Source: a virus
Direction: 5' to 3' (one strand)
DNA length: 64,000 nucleotides
IMG/VR virus record: IMGVR_UViG_3300044640_002221
Span: 72,924-136,923 of that record
Shown piece by piece: positions 36,646-46,168 of the stretch; the stretch's first letter is position 1; every line of letters begins with the position of its first letter. A program made the translations under genes and the position numbers. The notes under the pieces were generated by a model, which made no database searches, was not told the origin of the DNA, and was given only the letters and a program-made list of their open reading frames with translations.

Positions 36646-36674
36646 AGTATACAACCTTATTACAACCCTGTCAA
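36646..36674 (-). promoter_or_regulatory. Near-consensus sigma70 promoter
   Basis: TTGACA-gggttgtaataaggttg (17 nt)-TATACT on the minus strand. Confidence 0.8.
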
Positions 36675-37070
36675 GGGGTAAAACAAAGAAATATTGTTAA
36701 GAAATAATAAAGATTTTGACAAGAATTGTTAAGTGCGGCTGTAGTACAAGAAAAAAGGATTAAAAGATAAGAATAAGGATAGACACAACAAAACTCACTT
36801 ATACCGCAGTAGGGTTAAGAGAAATTAAGGTGAGCTACTAAGGACTTCACCGGGCGGTCTATTTGGTTCGTATCTGTGAGATTGAGGGAGGTTCTCTGCA
36901 CTTCTGTTATCTTTTAGGACCTGTCATGCCCAATCTATTTGACCAGGAGATGTTAAGGGGACTAGACTCAGGAAATGAATTGAACTGCGATCGCTCTCGG
37001 TTTGGTTCTTGACGCTACCAGGAACCTGACTTATCGCTACTTGCTTTCTCAAGGCAGTAATGCGGCTGTC

Positions 37071-37119
37071 CTTTCTACTTCTATAACTATCATATAACAA
37101 TAGTTATAGAAGTAGAAAG
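37071..37119. repeat. Perfect 20-bp inverted repeat with 9-nt spacer
   Basis: CTTTCTACTTCTATAACTAT-catataaca-ATAGTTATAGAAGTAGAAAG. Confidence 0.95.
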
Positions 37120-37395
37120 AATTTTGGAAATATTTTTTAAATCTTTTTCTTTGAGATTTGGTTGTTTATTGCGGCTGTACCGAAAAAAGAAGAAGCTAGA
37201 AATCCTAACTCCCGGCTGCTTTAAAGCTCTGATAGTTTACAAATCAATCTACCATTACCTAATCTATCTAAAGCTACTAACTCATCCTCTGTTAGAGGGG
37301 GGGGGCAGTTGAACGAAGTAAACACATCCACTACTTTCTCTGATTCAGTTCTTGGTCATTCTTGATAGCTTTAGTTATTCTGCTTGCTACATCAT

Positions 37396-37818
37396 TCATC
37401 TTGAATACTCCGCTGCTAGTTTGTCTACCTTTCTATTGAGATAAGCTGAGCTGCTATTACTATTCTGATGCCCGCGCACCCACTTTGCTTTCAGCTCTAC
37501 CTCATCACCTACAGTATCTCTCAGAGCCTGTTGAATCTCTTTCAGGTCTGAACGTCTACTAAATCTTTCTTCTACAGCGTTAATTGCCAGTTTGAGAGCT
37601 TGTTGAGAGTCTGACCTTACTAACACTCCTTCTATCTTTCTCCACTTCTCCACGCACTCTCTGATGCCCTGGACTATGGCAAACAGCTCACAGGCTATAG
37701 AATCTCTATAACTACACTTTCCTCCACGTTCTAGCTTACCGTAGCTAGAAACTCCATATATACCATAACCACCTAGCCCGCTGGCATCGGTGTATAACGT
37801 CACCCAGTTGCTTTCCAT
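37396..37818 (-). CDS. Ribonuclease HI-like protein
   Basis: LYTDAS, CELFAIVQG, VRSDSQ, KWVRGH, NRKVDKLA give the D-E-D-D catalytic set. Confidence 0.9.
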   Translation of the reverse strand: MESNWVTLYTDASGLGGYGIYGVSSYGKLERGGKCSYRDSIACELFAIVQGIRECVEKWRKIEGVLVRSDSQQALKLAINAVEERFSRRSDLKEIQQALRDTVGDEVELKAKWVRGHQNSNSSSAYLNRKVDKLAAEYSR

Positions 37819-37925
37819 CTCTGATAACTCTGATAATCATAATTTGTTTTAGAAGTCCTGCGTGTAGTTGTTGTTGACGAAGTAATTACCACTGTCTTGT
37901 ACCTGTGTAGTGTATGTGGACAATA

Positions 37926-37983
37926 AGACCACCGCCCATTCGATGGGCAGCCCTCCCAGTTGGGAATCAGGCTTGGATGGTCT
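37926..37983 (-). ncRNA. Candidate 58-nt three-way-junction RNA element
   Basis: AGACCAUC/GGUGGUCU closing stem enclosing GCC..UCCC-AACU-GGGA..GGC and GCCCAU-CGA-AUGGGC. Confidence 0.45.
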
Positions 37984-37991
37984 AGTTAGCT

Positions 37992-38186
37992 TTAAGTCAT
38001 GTAGTGTATGTTAGTAATCCAATGAATGATTACTGCTTTACCATTCTTGCCATTATATTCATTGTTTAGTGCTGTAGCCCAACTCATTGCGTTACTTTTA
38101 GTTGTTGGACTTTCTGATTTACCACTAGCGCCTGTGGTTTCATTAAACCAGCAAACAACGTACTGCTTTTCTTCTTTACTGGGCAT
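37992..38186 (-). CDS. Hypothetical protein
   Basis: 64-aa ORF, GAGGA SD. Confidence 0.65.
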   Translation of the reverse strand: MPSKEEKQYVVCWFNETTGASGKSESPTTKSNAMSWATALNNEYNGKNGKAVIIHWITNIHYMT

Positions 38187-38333
38187 AGAATCCTCTTTTG
38201 TTTAAACTGTGTCTGAGTCTGGTAGGGAGTGGAAATTAGTTATAGAGTTAATTTCACTCTTTAGCTTCAAAGCTTCCTGCCAGACTGAATACTCTTGCTT
38301 CTTCTTGTTCATTTAATTTAAAGGTTAGTCTCT

Positions 38334-39446
38334 TCAACTAACCCACATTGGAGCCATTATCACCAGCGATCGCACTTCGGGTGCTTCTGGCATTAATGAC
38401 CTTTGTAATAATGCTAATCCTAGCCCCACTGGAATGATAACTACCGCTATCAGCCCGGTAGAGGCGAAGGCTTGAATAATCATTATAAAGATGATTACAG
38501 TCGGGTCTGGTTCTATCCTTTCAGTTGACATCCAGTACACCACAATAGCTGGTAGCACTCCTAATAAAAACACAGCTACTAAGGGATAAAACCCTAAACC
38601 TTGACCATCTAAGGCTGGTGATTGAGTAAGTTTGTTAGTAGTGAGGAGTAAATCAGCAAGTGGTGTTTTGCTTGCACTACCCCCACCTCTGATAATCAAT
38701 CCCAGATTCCATGCTTCTAAAGCCACACTCACGAGATTAGCTATTAATACTCTATATACTCCAGGAGCTATTAGAGCATTAGTAGCCGCAGAGAGTGATA
38801 AGCCCGGTGTTATCCAGGCTAAACCAAACACATACAATACCAAACTCACTCCAGGCGGTTGGTCTATCCCTCTTTCTGCTAGACTCTTGCCGGGATACTG
38901 CGGGTCTATAAGATTAGGTATTGCTAACCCTGCTAGTAGGGGAAGCATTGGCGTGTTTACTAACCAGAACATCTTGAGTAACCAAAACACTACCGCCGCT
39001 ATTCCTACACTCATTGCAGTGAGTGTCAAGAAGCCGAGGTAAGTGCCTCTATGCCATACATCTTTATTGAGGTATATGAGTGAGCCTACTATTAGCAAGG
39101 CTACTACTCCAGTTAAATAACCTGGTGGTTTTGGTATTGGAAGCCAGAGGAATGCGACCAGCGTTATCACTCTTGCTACTTTCATCCACCCTGCACCAGA
39201 TAACTCAACTGCTGACTCCTCCCCGCGTGCTAGTAATTGGTTAACGTCTACATCTTCATTAAGTAGATAAACCAATAAGTAAGCCAGCACCACTGCTATC
39301 ACTTTGGCAGGTGGACTGGCTTGTAAGTAATGTGAGATTGTGAGAGTTGCCGCCCCTGCTATATAAGGACTGGTTAAGGAATATTTTGCTAAGGCAGTCG
39401 TTGTCCATAAGAACAGGAGCAGTGCGATAGCTAAAGTGAGATTCAT
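38334..39446 (-). CDS. Multi-pass membrane protein (weakly TctA-like)
   Basis: About 10 hydrophobic segments; LLAGLAIPNL and ITPGLSLS motifs. Confidence 0.6.
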   Translation of the reverse strand: MNLTLAIALLLFLWTTTALAKYSLTSPYIAGAATLTISHYLQASPPAKVIAVVLAYLLVYLLNEDVDVNQLLARGEESAVELSGAGWMKVARVITLVAFLWLPIPKPPGYLTGVVALLIVGSLIYLNKDVWHRGTYLGFLTLTAMSVGIAAVVFWLLKMFWLVNTPMLPLLAGLAIPNLIDPQYPGKSLAERGIDQPPGVSLVLYVFGLAWITPGLSLSAATNALIAPGVYRVLIANLVSVALEAWNLGLIIRGGGSASKTPLADLLLTTNKLTQSPALDGQGLGFYPLVAVFLLGVLPAIVVYWMSTERIEPDPTVIIFIMIIQAFASTGLIAVVIIPVGLGLALLQRSLMPEAPEVRSLVIMAPMWVS

Positions 39447-39533
39447 ATAGTGGTGAAAGTGGTACTAATTCCTTACTCTATTCTTTTTTCTGGCAGCCTA
39501 ATATCCTTTCTACTTAGTTGATATAAGGGTCAA

Positions 39534-39962
39534 TCATTTCTTACACTCCACAGTTTCATAAGTTCCATTAGGCTTGCCGAACCTATCGGTAATCTCTTGA
39601 TAGCCTACAACTCTTGCACCTGACTGGCTTATGCGAACTGCCTCTCGGCAAGCAGTCCGTACACCTTTATGCAAGGTATTTTGCTCTAACTCCCGGTCTT
39701 TGTTCACCACTACATCAATCCATTCACTACCAATAGCTAACGCCGCCCTAACTTCTATTTCCCCTCTTTCAGTTGAAAGGATTATAGTGTCGTTAAAACG
39801 ACCTGTCCTAGTTACTATTGCTTCTTTATACAATCCGGTAGATTCATTTCTCCAAGGTGAGGCTGGTGCTGCTGATATAGGTAAAGAACGATAGGAGTCT
39901 AACCCTGCGACTGCTAATAGTACAAACACTAACACTTGTAGGAAGTTTTTCATTGCTTCCAA
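39534..39962 (-). CDS. Hypothetical protein with N-terminal signal/TM segment
   Basis: FLQVLVFVLLAVAGL. Confidence 0.7.
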   Translation of the reverse strand: MEAMKNFLQVLVFVLLAVAGLDSYRSLPISAAPASPWRNESTGLYKEAIVTRTGRFNDTIILSTERGEIEVRAALAIGSEWIDVVVNKDRELEQNTLHKGVRTACREAVRISQSGARVVGYQEITDRFGKPNGTYETVECKK

Positions 39963-40261
39963 CCTACAAGTGTTGGACGGTTATAACCATCTACAGATAG
40001 TCTTGCTGTACCATTACCTAATACCTTCACAGCTTGGCGTGTGTCTTCAACTCTCATTCTCTTGCCATCAAACAGCAGAACTACACAGGTAACACTACAA
40101 AAGCCCCGCACCTCAGCCTTTACACTATAAGTCCCTGGAGCTGGATAAACAGAATACTTTAACTCTGGATACTCTCCACTTGCAGGACTGACAGCGAGCC
40201 CAGCTAACCCTAAACACCCAAGGCTGCTGATGAGCAGCCATACAATCTTCACTCTTTCCAT
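39950..40261 (-). CDS. Hypothetical protein with N-terminal signal peptide
   Basis: IVWLLISSLGCLGLAGLAV-SPA. Confidence 0.65.
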   Translation of the reverse strand: MERVKIVWLLISSLGCLGLAGLAVSPASGEYPELKYSVYPAPGTYSVKAEVRGFCSVTCVVLLFDGKRMRVEDTRQAVKVLGNGTARLSVDGYNRPTLVGWKQ

Positions 40262-40343
40262 TGGTACTTTTACAGTAATGATTATTGAATCATAGTCTGA
40301 AAGTGTTTGATAGGGTTTGAGAGTTTATGAAAGAGTTTGTTGG

Positions 40344-40371
40344 AAATGTGTCCAGTAAAATGGACACATTT
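40344..40371. terminator. 11-bp perfect hairpin
   Basis: AAATGTGTCCA-gtaaaa-TGGACACATTT, intergenic just after the stop at 40388. Confidence 0.55.
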
Positions 40372-40387
40372 AGGAGTGAGGATTGCT

Positions 40388-40978
40388 TTAGACGTAGGTT
40401 AAGCTGGTGAGCTTTGTAGACTCTCTTAGATTAAGTTCATACTCTGCCAAGCTAGGACGTTCAGGACGTTTGATAGGTACATCAACTCTAATACCCTTGC
40501 TCACAGGTTGTTCAAGGATAGAGACTAGTAAAACTTCACCTTGAGGAAAGAATAGGATGCGACCACCCGCTTCAGGTTTAGCAGAACGAAGGTAATCACC
40601 CCCGTCCTGCTTCTTAAATAGCAAGTCATCATTGTCATGCTCAATGGTTAGTTCAGTTGGACTGGTGGATAACTCTACCTCACCATTAGGGAATAGAACA
40701 GTCCAGCAACCGCTAGCTGGTTTGTTCACAAAGGGAACTACTAGCTCCATAGTCACATTGTTGAAGCTTGACTCTAGCTTCTCGTCCCAAAACTCATGGG
40801 TTCTTTCGTATATTAATGAGTCAGTCGTGCGGAACCACTCTGCCCGCAATAGGATAGCCAATACTCCGCTTACATGGTGTTCAGGAAACTTTGAGCCTAC
40901 AGCTTTGATAACTATCTTGGCTCGAACTTCAGATACTCTCTGAACAGTTCCTCTGTGTAAGATTCTTTCTGCAGTCAT
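40388..40978 (-). CDS. Hypothetical protein
   Basis: 196-aa ORF. Confidence 0.7.
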   Translation of the reverse strand: MTAERILHRGTVQRVSEVRAKIVIKAVGSKFPEHHVSGVLAILLRAEWFRTTDSLIYERTHEFWDEKLESSFNNVTMELVVPFVNKPASGCWTVLFPNGEVELSTSPTELTIEHDNDDLLFKKQDGGDYLRSAKPEAGGRILFFPQGEVLLVSILEQPVSKGIRVDVPIKRPERPSLAEYELNLRESTKLTSLTYV

Positions 40979-41060
40979 GATACTATGCTCCGATACTATA
41001 AGCGATGTGACTATTAGAAAACAAGCTTGCGGCTTATTTACCTTGCTCTTTTCTTTTTTC

Positions 41061-41264
41061 TTACTTTAAAACTCTCTGTGGTTCATCACCCTCAGCTTCC
41101 TCACAGTTTCTATGAACCATTCCTACAGGCTTCAAGCTGTAAGGTGGATATAACCAATAAGGTCTATTACTGTATCTGAAGGTAATCTTGCCTCCGCAGA
41201 GCCAGCAGTAGTTCCCTGGTGGACTGTTATTGTAAGGTGGTTGATTTATGTTGTCGTAGTTCAT
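41061..41264 (-). CDS. Hypothetical protein (CxxC...HxxC)
   Basis: 67-aa ORF. Confidence 0.55.
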   Translation of the reverse strand: MNYDNINQPPYNNSPPGNYCWLCGGKITFRYSNRPYWLYPPYSLKPVGMVHRNCEEAEGDEPQRVLK

Positions 41265-41341
41265 AGCTTATATAGAAAAGAAAGAATAAAGAAGATAGAA
41301 AGATAAATAAAAGAAGAAAGGGCGGCTGCGCCCTCTATTCT

Positions 41342-41800
41342 CTAATTAGTAATGTAGTCTTTAATCCAGTAGATTAACTCCTGTAAGAAATCATCAGAGT
41401 CTCTGCTGAGGTCTCTTGGAGCTTCTGCTACCATTGTGGAGATTCTAACCATCTGCTCTGCAAGCACATTTATCGTATGACAGGCTAATGGGCTTATCTC
41501 CTGTAAGGCTTTACCTAAGTCACTCTCCGATTCTATAATTCACTGCAGAAGCTCGCAGGGAACACTTTCTCTAGAGTAGTGGGCTGCTGGATTCTGAGTA
41601 GCCCATAGTTGTCTGAGATGGTCTACAGGTATATAAGCTTCTACTCTGCTCATCTCTCTACCATCACAATCTTCTACGGTTACACCAGATAAATCATGCC
41701 TTAACCTACTGACGTTGATATAGTTCTGTTTAACAGCCAGCACTTCATCTTCCGGCAGGTCACTGTTAGCGTCTACCAGAATCCATTTGATATCTGTCAT
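41342..41800 (-). pseudogene. Paralogue of 41853..42449 with in-frame TGA (41540-41542)
   Basis: Frame continues past TGA: ELLQ*IIESESDLGKALQEISPLAC...ELIYWIKDYITN*; aligns to EIILWHQ...ELVYWLKEYI. Confidence 0.8.
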
Positions 41801-41852
41801 TACTCTTTCTCCCTTTTGTTTTAATAGGAAAGAGGGTTGCCCCTCTCTCAAT

Positions 41853-42449
41853 TTACTCTTGACCAGCAATATATTCCTTGAGCCAATAAACAAGCTCATC
41901 CATTACTACTGTGTCAGCAATCATCTGTTCTGCACGCTTCTCCTGATAAGTTTCCTTAACCATTCCCTCGGCTATAAATCTTATTAGCTTGGTACAGTCT
42001 AAAGGACACTCTTTTAAAGCAGAGTGGAGAGGTTCTTTTAAGACCTGCTCGCCATCTTTTTGGTGCCAGAGTATGATTTCATAAGCCTGACTCTCTTTAG
42101 AGTACCTAGCTGCTGGGTTCTGTTCATCCCACAGTTGCCTGAGTTCTTCCAGAGGTATGTAACCAGCCCCAACCACAAAAGTAGGGCTTTTATCTTCATT
42201 AATGATTGGTACATCTGAAACAAGCCTTAAGGAGGACAAGTACATCATCCCCTCTTTACTGATAGCCAGCACCACACCTTCCGGTAAGTTCTCAGCATCT
42301 ATGGGAATCCATTTAACCTGATTGCTTGTAGAATCTGTCATTGTTTGGGACTCCTCTTCGGTTTCTGTCATTCTTGTTGTTGCCTCATTAATAAAGCTAA
42401 CGTTGGAATCATGAACAAGCATACTATCACTGCCTGCAAGCTTCCCCAA
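41853..42449 (-). CDS. Hypothetical protein
   Basis: VKWIPIDAENLPEGVVLAI...GYIPLEELRQLWDEQNPAARYSKES; true start probably downstream of the track start. Confidence 0.75.
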   Translation of the reverse strand: MGKLAGSDSMLVHDSNVSFINEATTRMTETEEESQTMTDSTSNQVKWIPIDAENLPEGVVLAISKEGMMYLSSLRLVSDVPIINEDKSPTFVVGAGYIPLEELRQLWDEQNPAARYSKESQAYEIILWHQKDGEQVLKEPLHSALKECPLDCTKLIRFIAEGMVKETYQEKRAEQMIADTVVMDELVYWLKEYIAGQE

Positions 42450-42661
42450 TCAGAGAACAGCTCTTGGACACCAAACACTATCATGATTGGCAGTAAGCAG
42501 GCTGTGGCTACACAGAAGTGATATAACCAGAAGGTCTGGTCATCAAGAAACATCAGAAAGTATCTGAGATTGTAGTTGAGTAAGAGGACAGACATTGCTG
42601 TCAGCACTCCTATAGATACTTTTAGCAGGGCTGTTAATGGTTCAAATAACATCTGTTCCAT
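42368..42661 (-). CDS. Small membrane protein
   Basis: Three hydrophobic segments. Confidence 0.65.
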   Translation of the reverse strand: MEQMLFEPLTALLKVSIGVLTAMSVLLLNYNLRYFLMFLDDQTFWLYHFCVATACLLPIMIVFGVQELFSDWGSLQAVIVCLFMIPTLALLMRQQQE

Positions 42662-42897
42662 TAATCTTCCTTCTGTCCTTGTACCACTCCAGCAGCAACC
42701 AGTGGGGCTGTGCTGACTAAAGCTGTGGTTTCTGATTTATTTACAGCAGCACTTACAAAACCACCGACTGCTACTACTGCTAACGCCGCTGAGGCAATAC
42801 TAGCTAAATCATTCTTGGCTTCACGTTTAGACATTTTTTTCAGCTTTCTGTATTGTTGATTGAGGGACATCGCGGCTGCTTTGCCCCTCTCTATCAT
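42661..42897 (-). CDS. Small membrane-anchored protein
   Basis: ASIASAALAVVAVGGFVSAAV. Confidence 0.65.
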   Translation of the reverse strand: MIERGKAAAMSLNQQYRKLKKMSKREAKNDLASIASAALAVVAVGGFVSAAVNKSETTALVSTAPLVAAGVVQGQKED

Positions 42898-43782
42898 CTA
42901 TGGACGTTTGTAAACCCAGTTACCAGAAGACACCTTGCTAGGAGCTTCTATAGAGCCACCACTGCGAGAGTCAATGCTCACAGTGTCACTGGCTTTACCA
43001 ATGAGTTTGAAAGCGCCGGGAGTCCAGCCTTTTAGAATTATGCCAATAGACTCCCGTTCTTTATCGAAGTCAGATTCTTCATAAGGAAGACCCGTTGCTG
43101 GGTTGATTGAAGCAGCTGCAATCTTAATCTTCTCATCGCCTGAAAGAGGACGCATACGAACGTCGCAGAGAAATAGGAAGTTGCCCTCCTTACCATCCAC
43201 GTTGGTAAGGTAAGGTCTTATGTTTGTATACTCCTTGTCCTTGGAGTAATTCTCATTTCCAACTTCTTGGTAGAACTCAGCGTGAGTGTGAAGATAACCA
43301 ATTTCTTTCTGGGTCAAAAGACCCGCTTCAACAACATCGTCTCCAAGATCTAGAGACAGGGAGCGGAAGCCAGTTAACCAAGGAACTTTTTCACCTGGTT
43401 TTAAATTAGTCTTTGCCTTATTGTCTTTGGACAGTGAAATAAACTGAAAGCTTGTGCGGTCAACAACAGCAGAGAGTCTGAACTTGGTGCTGACTACACC
43501 AACACTTGATACACCATCTTCATCCTCAACTTGAGGACTGACGGTTACTGCCTGCTCTAGGACGATGTTCAAAAATCTATCTTTTATCATTTGTGTTGGA
43601 ATGATAAAGTGACTAGCACCTTGTTCAGCTTGCTGCCAGAAGAACTCCGGCATTAACTTGGCTAGGTGTTCGCGTGACCCACCTTCTTGAAGCATATCAA
43701 TGAACTCTTGAGGTGTTAACTCAGAAGATGAACGAGTAACTTGAGACTGAGATTCTGTTTGGTTATTGTTTGGACGTGGCAT
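42898..43782 (-). CDS. Hypothetical protein
   Basis: Likely start MPRPNNNQ at 43782 (AAAGGA SD). Confidence 0.75.
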   Translation of the reverse strand: MPRPNNNQTESQSQVTRSSSELTPQEFIDMLQEGGSREHLAKLMPEFFWQQAEQGASHFIIPTQMIKDRFLNIVLEQAVTVSPQVEDEDGVSSVGVVSTKFRLSAVVDRTSFQFISLSKDNKAKTNLKPGEKVPWLTGFRSLSLDLGDDVVEAGLLTQKEIGYLHTHAEFYQEVGNENYSKDKEYTNIRPYLTNVDGKEGNFLFLCDVRMRPLSGDEKIKIAAASINPATGLPYEESDFDKERESIGIILKGWTPGAFKLIGKASDTVSIDSRSGGSIEAPSKVSSGNWVYKRP

Positions 43783-44025
43783 GATAGTTTTCCTTTTAGT
43801 GGTTTGATAGTTTGCTGAGAGTGTTTGATTTGTGGTCTGTCTCTCATTCCCTTTTCTTTTTTCTTCATTTAAAAAGACCACAGTTGCTCCCAGAGCTGGG
43901 TAGGCTTTAGGGAAACTGCAGTCTTTTTGTGAGGATAAAGCTCGGCTTTCGGGGTGTGGAAGAAACCACAGTTATCTACTAGCACGGCCTTGTTCCATTC
44001 CCTTTTCTTTTTTCTTAAATTAAAA

Positions 44026-44052
44026 AGGCAGAGAGGTTAATACTCTCTGCCT
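44026..44052 (-). terminator. Intrinsic terminator
   Basis: AGGCAGAGAG/CTCTCTGCCT stem followed by TTTTT on the minus strand, right after the stop at 44058. Confidence 0.85.
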
Positions 44053-44057
44053 ATTAC

Positions 44058-44870
44058 TCAAAACCCGTAGGCTTCTGTTTCGCTCTCTACGACGCTGTAA
44101 ATGCGTCCTGAACCCCGCTTGTTATAAACAGTAACCATTTTCAGCTTTTGAAGAAGGTTGAGGTCGTAAGACACAGTGGAAGCAGCACAAGGAAAACCTT
44201 GCTCAGATAGAGCTTGTGCAATCTGGACTTGCTGTAGTCCTTCTTGTCCACGCTCTCTGATCAATCTTATTAATGCTTCCCGGCGTTCTATGGTTTTAAG
44301 AGTCGCGTTCTCTCTTGGTGAGAGAACTATATGTAAAGGTTGAAATATCTCTTCCTTTATTTCTTCTGGTAGTTCTTTAACCAGCTTTGGACGTGAGTAA
44401 ACCACCGGAGTAGGCATAGGCTCTTCAACCTCTTCAACCTCTACAGGTTCTTCAACTTTGAAGTTAGTAAACTCACAGCTTGTAAGCTTACCTTCTTTGG
44501 TAAGCTCCAGCTTTAAATCTCTAGTTTGGATAACTAGACTATCTTTGTCGTCTAATGCTTCCTGAATCAGTAAAGCTATTGATTCAGGAATTGAGATGAT
44601 TAAATTTGCCATTGATGTTTCCTTCACCACTGTGTTTGGTTTAATTTCGCTATCTGTGAACAGTTCCTCTAATAACAGAGCTTCTAGAAAGCTCCTCCTC
44701 TGCTTTGTAGTCCAGAATCCTTTTTCTTCTCTCCAAAATAGGAGTCTAGATATAAAGTGCTCTGCTGGTAGATTTAAAGCTTGCCCACGCTTTACCAGCT
44801 CTTGCTCGGATGTGAAACTTTCACATCTGGAGCTTGAAGAAGTATTTAGGTGTGAAGACAATTCACTCAT
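44058..44870 (-). CDS. Protein with C-terminal winged HTH (ArgR-like pattern)
   Basis: RREALIRLIRE...QVQIAQALSEQGFPCAASTVSYDLNLL. Confidence 0.7.
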   Translation of the reverse strand: MSELSSHLNTSSSSRCESFTSEQELVKRGQALNLPAEHFISRLLFWREEKGFWTTKQRRSFLEALLLEELFTDSEIKPNTVVKETSMANLIISIPESIALLIQEALDDKDSLVIQTRDLKLELTKEGKLTSCEFTNFKVEEPVEVEEVEEPMPTPVVYSRPKLVKELPEEIKEEIFQPLHIVLSPRENATLKTIERREALIRLIRERGQEGLQQVQIAQALSEQGFPCAASTVSYDLNLLQKLKMVTVYNKRGSGRIYSVVESETEAYGF

Positions 44871-44967
44871 TACAAACTCTTATAAGTTATCAAACTCTTT
44901 TCTTTTTTTCTTTTAAGGGGCTTAAAGCCCCAACGAACTGTTCGTTGCTCAAGTTGAGCACGGCGGC

Positions 44968-45234
44968 TCACCCTTTCACAACTTCCACACTGTCAGGGTC
45001 AACCCCCCAGCGCAGACTGTACTGTAGCCTGAGATTAGCTATCGTAGCATGAAGACCTTTCATGCCACTTACTTTACTCTGTACCACTGTCTTGACGTTA
45101 TGATACGCCTTGGCTGCTAAAGACACCTGGATGTAGTAGGTTTTGCTGGGGTTCAGCTTTATAGCCTTATGTAACCCCTCTTCTATATTGTACTCCCCAA
45201 CTATGGGACATTTACGGTACGGGTTTGTAGTCAT
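44968..45234 (-). CDS. Hypothetical basic protein
   Basis: 88-aa ORF. Confidence 0.65.
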   Translation of the reverse strand: MTTNPYRKCPIVGEYNIEEGLHKAIKLNPSKTYYIQVSLAAKAYHNVKTVVQSKVSGMKGLHATIANLRLQYSLRWGVDPDSVEVVKG

Positions 45235-45237
45235 AGC

Positions 45238-45483
45238 TTATGAAAAGAAGTTAGCTAATAAGTCAGCAAAAAACAAAGGATCACAGTGACAGTTAATAAT
45301 TCCTCCTGTAGGAAGTTTAACTAAGGTATTTTTGATGGCTGAATAATAACGTACTATTCCACTGGAGAACGTAAGAACAATTACGTCCCCTTTTACCTTT
45401 GCCAACTTCACTTCTCCTTCTGTTCTTAGAAAAACTTCCCCTTCATAGAAAGAAGCTTCTGCATAATCAAGCGTAAACACCAA
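45238..45483 (-). CDS. Hypothetical protein
   Basis: 81-aa ORF. Confidence 0.6.
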   Translation of the reverse strand: MVFTLDYAEASFYEGEVFLRTEGEVKLAKVKGDVIVLTFSSGIVRYYSAIKNTLVKLPTGGIINCHCDPLFFADLLANFFS

Positions 45484-45700
45484 CTAGAGAATCTTCTTCT
45501 TTTAACTCTCCGCCGTCAGCTCCACTCCACAGCTCACACCTAAAGTGGTTAAACCCATCATTATCCTCAAGGAACTCCTTCTTAAGTTCCTCCCACGCCT
45601 GTCTTGCACTCTCATTTGCAAATCCCAGATACTTTGGCTCGTCATCAGTCTTACATTCAATGATTAATATCATCCGTAGGCTCCTTAATAAACCAATCAC
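45467..45700 (-). CDS. Hypothetical acidic protein
   Basis: 77-aa ORF; likely start MILIIECK. Confidence 0.6.
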   Translation of the reverse strand: MIGLLRSLRMILIIECKTDDEPKYLGFANESARQAWEELKKEFLEDNDGFNHFRCELWSGADGGELKEEDSLVGVYA

Positions 45701-45751
45701 TTATCTTTTTTCTAAAGAAATAAGAGCCAGCACCACGCCAGCTCCACCTCC

Positions 45752-46089
45752 TCAAGTCACAATCTCTTCCACAGTGCCTTGGACAAATACAGGCTCACCC
45801 TTCTGGAAAACCAGACTGTCTGCGTTTAATATGTCTGACAGCCAAGAGGTGTATTCACTCTCTAAGGTCTGACTGTTTAGTATAGTTGCTAGAGGGTATC
45901 TGATATATGCTCTTCTACCCTCCCAATCTAGGGGACTTAACTCTCCCAGACCTTTGTACAACTTGCCCCAGAACCAAGCCCCGTTCTCTTTACCTTCAGC
46001 TACCAGCCGTTCGGCATCTGTCCACTCATTTGAATGAGGAACTCAGCTTGAAGGTTATGATTCACAAGCTTAATAGTTTTAGATTCCAT
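45752..46089 (-). pseudogene. ~112-aa gene split by an apparent 1-nt deletion
   Basis: MESKTIKLVNHNLQAEF then other frame PHSNEWTDAERLVAEGKENGAWFWGKLYKG...; span 338 nt. Confidence 0.55.
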
Positions 46090-46147
46090 GACTTACTCTC
46101 TAAGGAACAAATACCCTGCACTCTTCTTTTTTTCTTTTAAAGAGAAA

Positions 46148-46164
46148 AGGGGCATCAAGCCCCT
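46148..46164 (-). terminator. Intrinsic terminator
   Basis: AGGGGC/GCCCCT stem followed by TTTCTC on the minus strand, after the stop at 46169. Confidence 0.75.
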
Positions 46165-46168
46165 CATT

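Noticed and set aside
24503-41542. Genome-wide stop-codon reassignment (TAG or TGA)
   Set aside because: The two internal stops are different codons. Recognisable genes end properly at TAG (tail fibre 1909-1911) and TGA (dNMP kinase 32499-32501), and none of the three tRNAs is a suppressor.
6200-44970. Recurring GCGGCT/AGCCGC hexamer in several intergenic regions
   Set aside because: Too short to judge by eye and also produced by Ala-Ala codons. It needs a proper enrichment count.
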